From an uncultured Thermoleophilaceae bacterium (lineage in GTDB: Bacteria; Actinomycetota; Thermoleophilia; Solirubrobacterales; Thermoleophilaceae): DNA of 64,000 bases. Shown here in pieces: positions 1-7,577 of this stretch. The first letter of the stretch is position 1. Each line of letters opens with the position of its first letter. A program made the position numbers and the translations under genes. Where the stretch lies: assembly GCA_963825475.1 (NCBI GenBank), contig CAWGTC010000001.1, forward strand, positions 315,742-379,741, given 5' to 3'. The notes beneath the pieces were generated by a model. It had not been told where the DNA came from and did not search any database. It saw only the letters and a list, made by a program, of their open reading frames with translations.

Positions 1-819
1 GAGGCCCATCTCACCCGCGGACGCGAAGCGCTCGCTCGGCCGCTTGGCCAGCGCTCTGCGGATCACGTCGTCGAGGCCGGGGGGCAGGTCTGGCTGCAGC
101 GAGCTTGGAGGGACCGCATCGGCGCCAAGGTGGGCCGCGAGCGTCACGTTGAGGTTTGCGCCTGCGAACGGGGTGCGGCCGGTCGCCAGCTCGTACAGCA
201 GGCACCCGAGCGCGTAGACGTCGCTCCTCACCGAGCTCGGCTCACCCGATATCTGCTCCGGGGCCGCGTACGCGGCCGGCGGCGGCCCGGCCCAGGTCTG
301 GGCCGGCGAGTGGTTCGACCGGCCATCGGGGGCGGAGAATCCGCTCACGAGCAGCCGGGACGACCCGCTGCCCCCGAGGGCCTCGATGCGTCGTGGCTCG
401 AGGGCGCCGTGGATCAGCCGGGCGGAGTGGGCGGCGTCGAGCGCGGCCGCGACCCGCAGGATCAGCTCGACGGCCTCCCGGAGCTCCAGCGTGGTTTCGC
501 CCTCCATCCGCGTAGCCAGGCTGACCCCTTCCTCACCCAGGCACTCGGTAGCCACAAAGATCGTGCGGTCGGTCTTGCCGACCTCCTTCACCTCGGCCAC
601 GAACGGGTTGTTCAGCCTGTTGGCGCGCGTGCGCGCCTCCTGGAGCTGATCGAAGAGCCCTGGCGTGGCCGACAGCTCGCCCGACAGGACGTCGATCCAC
701 ACCAGCGGATCGTCCGGCTCGCGCCTGCCGAGGTAGAGGGTGCCGGTGGCGCTGTCGGCCACCCGCGCCTCGAGGCGGTACCCGCCCAGCCGCGCTCCGA
801 TGCCGGCAGCATGGGCCAC
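1..819 (-). CDS. Ser/Thr kinase-fold protein, predicted pseudokinase; C-terminus lies beyond the left window edge
   Basis: The minus-strand frame is open to position 1, so it is absent from the ORF track. Hand translation from GTG at 819: VAHAAGIGARLGGYRLEARV...RLIHGALEPRRIEAL...LLVSGFSAPD...AAYAAPEQISGEPSSVRSDVYALGCLLYELATGRTPF...RRALAKRPSERFASAGEMGL. Hanks subdomains VIII-XI are clear. HRD, DFG, the Gly-loop and the VAIK Lys are not recognisable. Confidence 0.7.
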   Translation of the reverse strand, partial: MAHAAGIGARLGGYRLEARVADSATGTLYLGRREPDDPLVWIDVLSGELSATPGLFDQLQEARTRANRLNNPFVAEVKEVGKTDRTIFVATECLGEEGVSLATRMEGETTLELREAVELILRVAAALDAAHSARLIHGALEPRRIEALGGSGSSRLLVSGFSAPDGRSNHSPAQTWAGPPPAAYAAPEQISGEPSSVRSDVYALGCLLYELATGRTPFAGANLNVTLAAHLGADAVPPSSLQPDLPPGLDDVIRRALAKRPSERFASAGEMGL

Positions 820-839
820 CGGGCTGATTATGCAGGACG

Positions 840-1826
840 TCAGCTCACGACTGAGAGCGCCGCGGGCTCGACCCCGAACCGCGCCTCGCTGAACTCACCG
901 ATGAAGTCCCCGTCCACTTGGACCGGGAAGGCCCGCCCTTCCAGAGCCTGCACGAGCGCGCCATCGACTGCGGGGAAGCCTTCGATCTGCCTGTGCCGGG
1001 CCACCGTCTCCGCCTTGCCCGAGAACGCCCTCCACATCACAGTCGGCAGCTCCGCCACGGTGGCGCGGCGCAGGACCGTGACTCCCAGCAGTCCATCCTG
1101 GAGTCCCGCGCCGTCGTTGATGCGGATGGGCCGGCGTCCGAAGTAGGTGTAGGGGTCGCAGTTCTGCACGATCACGGTGACGCCCTCGAGCCTGCGGCCG
1201 TCCACGTTCACCTGCACGTGCGGCGGGTTCACGAGGTACTTGCGGTTGAAGGTCGAGATCGCCGCGTACGTGTAGTACCACTCGCCGAGGCGCCTCTTCA
1301 TGCGCGGGTGGGCGTCCACCCGCTCGACCACGCTGGCGTCCAGCCCGATTCCCGCGGAGAACGTGAACAGCCGGTCGTTCACCCGCCCCAGGTCCACACG
1401 GCGCGGCCGGAAGTCGTCGGCCATGCGCAGCAGGTGCTCGGTGGCGTCGACCACGTCGTGGGGAATGCCGAGCACGCGGCAGTAGACGTTGGTGGCGCCT
1501 CCGGGCAGCACCGACAGCGGCGTCTCGGACCCGGCCAGGCCGTTGGCGGCCTCGTTCACGGTACCGTCGCCGCCGAAGGCCACCACCACGTCGTAGCCCT
1601 CGCCGGCGGCCTCCCGGCAGATCTGAGTGGCGTGGTGGGGCTTCTCGGTGTCCACGGCCTCGACGGCGTAGCGCGATTCGAGTGCATAGACCACCAGGTG
1701 GCGCAGGCGGTCGGAGACCGTGGTGGCATACGGATTCACGATCACCAGCATCCGCTGCTTCGGGGTGCGGTCGGGCAGCAGGCGCTCGGCCATCTGCTCC
1801 GCGCGCTCGAGGGAGGTCGGGGGCAC
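840..1826 (-). CDS. Diacylglycerol kinase catalytic-domain family lipid kinase (DagK/YegS-like)
   Basis: 328-aa ORF. VVAFGGDGTVNEAANGL and LPGGATN motifs are typical of the DAGK_cat family. It lies 20 nt upstream of the kinase-fold gene on the same strand. Confidence 0.85.
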   Translation of the reverse strand: MPPTSLERAEQMAERLLPDRTPKQRMLVIVNPYATTVSDRLRHLVVYALESRYAVEAVDTEKPHHATQICREAAGEGYDVVVAFGGDGTVNEAANGLAGSETPLSVLPGGATNVYCRVLGIPHDVVDATEHLLRMADDFRPRRVDLGRVNDRLFTFSAGIGLDASVVERVDAHPRMKRRLGEWYYTYAAISTFNRKYLVNPPHVQVNVDGRRLEGVTVIVQNCDPYTYFGRRPIRINDGAGLQDGLLGVTVLRRATVAELPTVMWRAFSGKAETVARHRQIEGFPAVDGALVQALEGRAFPVQVDGDFIGEFSEARFGVEPAALSVVS

Positions 1827-1856
1827 CTTGCACCCAACCCCGCGTGCGGGACCGAG

Positions 1857-2858
1857 TTACTCCACAGCCTCGAAGCGCACGATTCCGCCGTCTTCGGCCT
1901 CGGCCACTCGTCCCTCGTCGAGCAGGATGTCGGTGTGTCCCAGCACCTCGCTGAGGGTGAGGTAGGCCTGCGTCACGGCGATGTTGCCCCACAGGGCCTG
2001 GGCCAACTCGTAGGCGCTGCGCGGCCGCTCCGCGATCAGGCCGTGCAGCTTCTCCGCCCGGCGGCGGTGCATGCGGAAGCGCTCGTCGATCAGCGCGCGG
2101 TGATCGTGGATCGGGTCGCCGTGACCCGGGAGCACCAGGTCCACGTCCATCTCGCGCGTCTGGGCGAGTGACTCCAGATACGTCATCAAGGCGCGCTGCC
2201 TACCGGTCGAGCCGTCCCGCGCCCTGGTGATCAGCGGGTTCGAGGATATGCGGGCCAGCAGGTGGTCGGCGGCGATCAGGATCTTGCGCGACGAGTCGAG
2301 GAAGACCGTGTCCGAGGGGCTGTGGCCAGGGCGGTGGAACACCTCGAGCGACCGGTCGCGCAACTCGATGGCGTCCCCGTGGGTCAGCACCCGGGTCACA
2401 TCGGCGCGGGCGCCCCAAGCGCGAAACGCGCGCGACACCGATTGCAGAGCCGAGACCACGTCCTCGGGGATACCGTGGCGCAGCATCACTTCACGTGCGA
2501 AGTCGTCGTCGGCCTGGGCCTCTTCGGAGAAACGCTCCACGAACGGCACGGCGACATCGAGCGCCGCCACCTCGGCTCCCGACCTGGCGGCCACCAGGCC
2601 CACCAGCCCGAGGTGGTCGATGTGCTGGTGGGTCAGGATCACCAGCTCGACGTCCTCGAGCGCAGCCCCGCGCGATTCGAGGCCGCGCTGCAACTCATCG
2701 AAGGACGTGCCGGAGTTGGGTCCGGCGTCGACGAGGGTGAGCGGCTCGTCCTCGATGAGGTAGACGTTGACCCTGCCGACGGCGAACGGAGTCGGAATTG
2801 CAAGCCTGTGGATGCCGGCCTCGGCGGCCCGGGCGAAGGGATCCGGCTGCTCGCTCAC
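1857..2858 (-). CDS. MBL-fold metallo-hydrolase
   Basis: 333-aa ORF with an HxHxDH motif (ILTHQHIDHLG), further His/Asp ligands (HRPGHSPSD, LPGHGDP) and a C-terminal winged-helix-like tail. Confidence 0.85.
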   Translation of the reverse strand: MSEQPDPFARAAEAGIHRLAIPTPFAVGRVNVYLIEDEPLTLVDAGPNSGTSFDELQRGLESRGAALEDVELVILTHQHIDHLGLVGLVAARSGAEVAALDVAVPFVERFSEEAQADDDFAREVMLRHGIPEDVVSALQSVSRAFRAWGARADVTRVLTHGDAIELRDRSLEVFHRPGHSPSDTVFLDSSRKILIAADHLLARISSNPLITRARDGSTGRQRALMTYLESLAQTREMDVDLVLPGHGDPIHDHRALIDERFRMHRRRAEKLHGLIAERPRSAYELAQALWGNIAVTQAYLTLSEVLGHTDILLDEGRVAEAEDGGIVRFEAVE

Positions 2859-2933
2859 TCGGCTGTTGACCCTACCCGCGCCGTCCCCGAGGCACGCCTC
2901 AGAGGCCCACGGGGCGCATTCTCAGAATGTGCC

Positions 2934-2939
2934 TAGAAT
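2934..2939 (+). promoter_or_regulatory. Candidate -10 hexamer TAGAAT next to a 13-bp palindrome (CATTCTCAGAATG, 2917-2929) in the divergent spacer
   Basis: This is the only AT-rich patch in the 95-bp spacer between the MBL gene start (2858) and the coiled-coil gene ATG (2954). TAGAAT fits the TAnnnT actinobacterial -10 pattern. Confidence 0.3.
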
Positions 2940-2953
2940 GGTGCCCTTCAAGG

Positions 2954-4852
2954 ATGAAGATTCGCCGAAAGAACAATGAGGGTGTCCAAGCGGGGGACGC
3001 CGTAGAGGCCCAGTCTGACTGGGCCACGCTGGCCGATGTGGCTGGCCAGACGCCGCCAGCCGAGCCGGGCGAACAAGCGCGTCCCGACGCGGCCGAGCCG
3101 CCGCCACCGGCGAGCGGCCCGCCCTCGAGCCCTCAGGTCGAGGAGCTGCTCGGCGCCGAGCGCGAGGCGCAGAACCTCCTCGAGCGCCGCCGCGGCCAGC
3201 TGCGCTCCGCCGTCGCGGCCGAGGGCGAGCGGCGGGTGGCAGAGGCCACGCAGCGATTCGAGGCCGAACGCGCCGAGCTGGAGCGCCAGCTTGCCGAGGT
3301 TCGGGCCGAGGCTGAGCAATGGGCCGCGGGCGTGCGCGAGAGCCACGAGCAGCTGGGTCGCGACCTCGAACGGGAGCGAACGCGCAGCGGTGATCTGGAG
3401 GTCCGGCTCGAGGAGACAAGCGAAGCCCTCGAGCAGGCCACGAACGGGTTGGCCCAGACTCGCGAAGAGCTGCAGGCGGCGCGCGAAGAGCTCAAGCGCG
3501 AGCGCGAAGAGACCCGGGACCGCGCGAAGGACGCGGAGGGCAAGCTCGTGGAGGCGCGCTCGCAGGCGGAGGCCCTGGTGGCTCGCGTGCGCGAGGAACA
3601 CGAGCAGATCGGCGAGGAGCTCGAGCGCGAGCGCACGCGCACCGGTTCCCTCGAGGCCCGCGTCGAGCACGAGCGCCGGGCTCTGGAGATCGCGCGAGGC
3701 GGGCTGGAGCAGGCCAACGGAGAGCTTGAGCAGGTGCGCGCCGAACTGGAGCGCGAGCGCGAGCAGGCTTCGGCACGGGTCGGCGCCGCCGAACGCGAGC
3801 TGGCCGATGTTCGCGCCAAGGCGAAGGAGTGGAGCGCCGGTGTCCGTACGCGGGTCAAGACTGCCGAGAGTGAGCTGACCAAGGCCCAAGAGCAGGCCGA
3901 AGAGCGGGTCGCCGCACTGCGCGCCGGTCATGAGGAGGTGGCCCAGAAGCTCGAGCAGGAGGCTACGCGCCGCACGGAATTGGAGACCCGGCTCGCCCAG
4001 GAGACCCAGGCCGGCGAGCAGGCAGCCGCGGCCCTCGCGCAGGCCACCGCCGAGCTGGAGCAGTCGCGGGACGAGCTGGAGACCCAGCGCCGGCGCTCGC
4101 AGGAGAGCGTGCAGGAGGCCGAGGGCCGAGTGGCGTCGGCGCGCACGCGGGCCGAGGAGCGCGTGGCGGAGGTTCGCCAGAGCCACGAGCAGCTCGGCGA
4201 GCAGCTGGAGCAGGAACGCACGCGCGGTGGCGAGTTGCAAGCCCGGATGCGGCAGGAGAGCCAGGAAGCCGAACAGGCGCGTGCCGAGGTCGAGCAAGCG
4301 CACGCCGAGCTGGCTGAGGCCCGGTCCGTGGCGGCGCACGAGAGCCAGCGCCGGGCAGAGCTCGAAGAGCGTCTGGCGGCCATGGTCGAGCTGGAGGCAG
4401 ACGCCAGCGAGGTGCGCGAGCAGCGCGTGCGCGACCTGGAGAACGCCCTGGCCGAGGCTCGGCGAGCGGCCAAAGCGGCCGGCGTCGAGCTGCGCCCCGT
4501 GCAGGGCGGTCACGAGGGACACGAGCCGAGCGCACCAAGCGCAAGCGCGCCCGGGGATAGCGAGCCCACGGTCATGCGGCCCGTGGACGCTGCGGCCGCG
4601 GTGGCCGCGGCCGAGGCCGACTCCGACGACGCCCGCGTTGTGGTGATGGAGGCCGGACACGTCCGGCAGCGCCGCACCGAGGGGATCTGCTCGGTCTGTC
4701 GCCTCGCACGGCCGGACGCCGACCCCGGTGAGCTCGCCCGCCTCGGCTGGATCGAGCGCGAGCACCTCGACCTGTGTCCTGACTGCCAGGGCGAGGGTTG
4801 GCAGCTCCCCGAGGGAGCGACGGTTCCGATGCGCCGGTTCGCGAGTTCGTGA
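2954..4852 (+). CDS. Coiled-coil protein with C-terminal CxxC...CPDC zinc-ribbon, unknown function (paralogue 1)
   Basis: The start is taken at the ATG giving MKIRRKNNEG, which parallels VRIRRKSGED of the next gene. About 500 aa are E/A/R/Q-rich heptad-like sequence with a recurring module (W.AGVRESHEQLG..LERERTR.G.LE.RL). The C-terminus is CSVCRLARPDADPGELARLGWIEREHLDLCPDCQGEGWQLPEG. Confidence 0.7.
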   Translation: MKIRRKNNEGVQAGDAVEAQSDWATLADVAGQTPPAEPGEQARPDAAEPPPPASGPPSSPQVEELLGAEREAQNLLERRRGQLRSAVAAEGERRVAEATQRFEAERAELERQLAEVRAEAEQWAAGVRESHEQLGRDLERERTRSGDLEVRLEETSEALEQATNGLAQTREELQAAREELKREREETRDRAKDAEGKLVEARSQAEALVARVREEHEQIGEELERERTRTGSLEARVEHERRALEIARGGLEQANGELEQVRAELEREREQASARVGAAERELADVRAKAKEWSAGVRTRVKTAESELTKAQEQAEERVAALRAGHEEVAQKLEQEATRRTELETRLAQETQAGEQAAAALAQATAELEQSRDELETQRRRSQESVQEAEGRVASARTRAEERVAEVRQSHEQLGEQLEQERTRGGELQARMRQESQEAEQARAEVEQAHAELAEARSVAAHESQRRAELEERLAAMVELEADASEVREQRVRDLENALAEARRAAKAAGVELRPVQGGHEGHEPSAPSASAPGDSEPTVMRPVDAAAAVAAAEADSDDARVVVMEAGHVRQRRTEGICSVCRLARPDADPGELARLGWIEREHLDLCPDCQGEGWQLPEGATVPMRRFASS

Positions 4853-5211
4853 GGATCAGGCGAAAGAGCGGCGAGGATTCGCCGGCCGTGCGGCCGGTCG
4901 AGTTCGCCGGCACCGAGGCTGAGGCGTACCCCGATCAGCCCGACGAGGTTTCCGAGCAGGATGGGACTGCGTCGGAGCGTGACGAACTGACGGCGCTCGC
5001 CCAAGCTCAGCGGGAGGCGCACGAGCTGCTCGAGCGCCGCCGCAACGAATTGCACTCCGCCCAGTTGACAGAGGCGCGGCGGCAGCTCGCCGCCGCCGAG
5101 GAGCAGTTCGGGCAGGAGCGAGCCGAGCTGGAGGCCGAGGTGGCGGCGGCTCGGTCGGACGCCGAGGCGTGGGTTGGGAGCGTGCGCGAGAGCCACGAGG
5201 AGCTGGGCCAG

Positions 5212-5877
5212 GAGCTCGAGCGTGCTCGGGCCGAGGCGGAGCAGGCGCGGGGCGAGTTGGAGGCCGAGCGCGTGCGCGCGCAGGAGGCGGAGCAGCAGGC
5301 GGGGGTGGCTCGGTCTGAGGCTGAGGAGTGGGTGGCGAGTGTGCGCGAGACGCACGAGCAGCAGGGCCAGGAGCTGGAGGCGGCGCGCACTCGTTCCGCC
5401 GAGCTGGAGGCCGCCTTCGAGGAGCGCGGGCTGGAGCTCGAGCGTGCTCAGGCTGAGGCGGAGCAGGCACGCGGCGAGCGGGAGGGCCTGCAAGTTCGCG
5501 CCGGGGAGCTGGAGGCCGGCGTCGCGGAGCGCGGGCAGGAGCTCGAGCGTGCTCGGGCTGAGGCGGAGCAGGCGCGGGGCGAGTTGGAGGCCGAGCGCGT
5601 GCGCGCGCAGGAGGCGGAGCAGCAGGCTGAGCAGCAGGCGGGGGTGGCTCGGTCTGAGGCTGAGGAGTGGGTGGCGAGTGTGCGCGAGACGCACGAGCAG
5701 CAGGGCCAGGAGCTGGAGGCGGCGCGCACTCGTTCCGCCGAGCTGGAGGCCGCCTTCGAGGAGCGCGGGCTGGAGCTCGAGCGTGCTCAGGCTGAGGCGG
5801 AGCAGGCACGCGGCGAGCTGGAGGGCCTGCAAGTTCGCGCCGGGGAGCTGGAGGCCGGCGTCGCGGAGCGCGGGCAG
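5212..5877 (+). repeat. Near-identical in-frame tandem repeat, 327 bp + 339 bp, inside coiled-coil gene 2
   Basis: Copy 1 spans 5212-5538 and copy 2 spans 5539-5877. They differ by two substitutions and a 12-bp insertion (AEQQ). More diverged copies follow from 5878. Confidence 0.9.
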
Positions 5878-6712
5878 GAGCTCGAGCGTGCTCAGGCCGA
5901 GGCGGAGCAGGTACGCGCCGAGTCGGAGGCCGCGCAAGCTCGCGTCGGGGAGCTGGAGGCCGCGCTCGAGCAGGTGCGTGGCGAGTTGGAGGGCGAGCGG
6001 GCGCGAGCGCAGGAGGCCGAGCAGCAGGCGGCGTCGGCCCGGTCCGACGCTGAGGAGTGGGTTGCGAGTGTGCGCGAGACCCACGAGCAACAGGGCCAGG
6101 AGCTGGAGGCCGCGCACACTCGCGCCGGGGAGCTGGAGGCCGGCCTCGAGGAGCGCGGGCAGGAGCTCGAGCGAGCTCGAGCAGGCCAGGTCCGAGCTGG
6201 AAGCCGCGCACGGCCAGGCGCAGGCTGAGGTAGAGCGTCTGACCCGGGAGGTCTCGGACGCCAAGTCCGCCGAGGAGCGGGCGCGCAACGAGATCAAGCC
6301 GCGAGCCGCGCGCAAGATCGCCGACGCCCAACAGGCCGCTGAGGAGGCGGGTCGCCAGGCCGACGAGGAGCGCGAACGAGTCGCGGCCCTACAGAGCCAG
6401 GTGGCCGAACTCGAGGGCGAACGCGAGCAGTTGCGCGCGAATGCGCAAGAGCTCGAGGGTCAGGCTGCCGCGGCCCGGTCGGAGGCTGAGGAGTGGGTTG
6501 GGAGTGTGCGTGAGAGCCACGAGCAGCTCGGCCAGGCGCTGGAGACCGAGCGGGCCCGCGTCGGTGAGCTCGAGGCCGGCCTCGAAGAGGCGACTCAGGC
6601 GCAGGAGCAGCTACGTGAGGCCAGCGAGCGCGAGCGGGCCGAGGCCCAAGAGGCCCAGGAGGCCCTGCGAGCCGAAGCAGCGGAGAGAGAGCAGGAGCTC
6701 ACCGCCCAGGCC

Positions 6713-6840
6713 GAAGCTCAAGCCGAGGCGCTGAGGGTAGAAACCGAAGCCCAGGCCGAGGCGCTGAGGGTAGAAACCGAAGCCCAGGCCGAGGCGCTGA
6801 GGGTAGAAACCGAAGCCCAGGCCGAGACGCTGCGTGCGGA
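6713..6840 (+). repeat. 33-bp in-frame tandem repeat (EAQAEALRVET), about 3.8 copies
   Basis: The unit gaagcccaggccgaggcgctgagggtagaaacc starts at 6713, 6746 and 6779, with a partial copy from 6812. Confidence 0.9.
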
Positions 6841-7167
6841 CGCCGAAGCGCAGGCCGGTGAGCTGAGGGCTCAGGCGGAGAGCGAGCTCGCGGAGGCCCA
6901 AGTGGCCGCCGACGCTCGCGCTGGCGAGCTCGAGGAGGCGCTGGCCGAGTCCCGCGCCCGGGCCGACCAAGCCGACCACCAGCGTGCGGAGGTCGAGCAG
7001 CGACTGCGCGCGCTCGTGTCGCTCGAGGCCGACGCCCGCCAGGTGCGCGAGCGGCGAATGAGGCAGCTGGAGCGCGAGCTCGCGGAGGCCAGGAACGCCC
7101 CTGGGCCGGCCGTCGAGGCAAGTGAGGTAGATGCTCCCGCTCCAGCAGCATCACCGGCGCCGCCTGA

Positions 7168-7261
7168 GCCTGAGGCCGCATTCGAGCCGGACCCCGAGGC
7201 CACCTTCGAGCCGAGCCCCGAGGCCACCTTCGAGCCGAGCCCCGAGGTCGCCTCCGAGCCG
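7168..7261 (+). repeat. 24-bp in-frame tandem repeat (PEATFEPS), about 4 copies, in the linker before the zinc ribbon
   Basis: The unit cccgaggccaccttcgagccgagc occurs at 7192 and 7216, with diverged copies at 7168 and 7240. Confidence 0.85.
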
Positions 7262-7577
7262 CCTCAGGCCGCCGCTGCTCCATCACCTCTGAGCCAGGAG
7301 GCGATGACCCAGGCCCACGACGTGCGCGCCGCAGGGCCGGGGGCGGTGGAAGAGCAGCGCGGCCTCTTCGGCCGGCGCAGGCGGCGGTCAGGCCAAGGCA
7401 GTTGCTCGGTGTGCAACAACCCCGAGCCCAATCTGCCCCCGGGCGAGCTGGCCCTGAGCGGCTGGATCGAGCGCGGGGACGTGAGCCTGTGCCCTGACTG
7501 CCGCACCATCGGCTGGCAGCTCCCCGAAGGCGCCGCCCTGCCTTTCCGGCGTTTGTCCCAGAAGGGCTAGCGAAGCC

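Larger units (their letters stand above)
4849..7570 (+). pseudogene. Coiled-coil / zinc-ribbon protein (paralogue 2), reading frame broken at 6163-6182
   Basis: GTG 4849 overlaps the TGA of the upstream gene (GTGA). Frame 1 (track ORF 4798..6228) carries the N-terminal 440 aa. Frame 2 (the tail of track ORF 5174..7570) carries the rest. The junction is an exact 10-bp tandem duplication, gagctcgagc x2. Removing one copy gives ...GQELEQARSELEAAHGQ... and a 903-aa protein. The C-terminus is CSVCNNPEPNLPPGELALSGWIERGDVSLCPDCRTIGWQLPEG. Confidence 0.65.

Noticed and set aside
5174-6160. N-terminal 330 aa of the 798-aa ORF 5174..7570
   Set aside because: The Arg/Ser/Trp-rich sequence is an off-frame reading of the repeat region. 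Only the part downstream of the 10-bp duplication (from about 6183) is the real frame.
2948-6331. Long minus-strand ORFs (2948..4765, 4510..6315, 4856..6331) and alternative plus frames (3036..3878, 3930..4646) across the coiled-coil genes
   Set aside because: They are mirror or shifted readings of GAG/GCG/CGC-rich repeats, giving Leu/Ala/Arg/Pro/Ser low complexity. The sense frame has conserved N- and C-terminal domains shared by two paralogues.
5212-7261. Tandem repeats as a possible CRISPR array
   Set aside because: The repeats are contiguous with no unique spacers, are multiples of 3 and lie in frame within a coding sequence. No cas genes are present.
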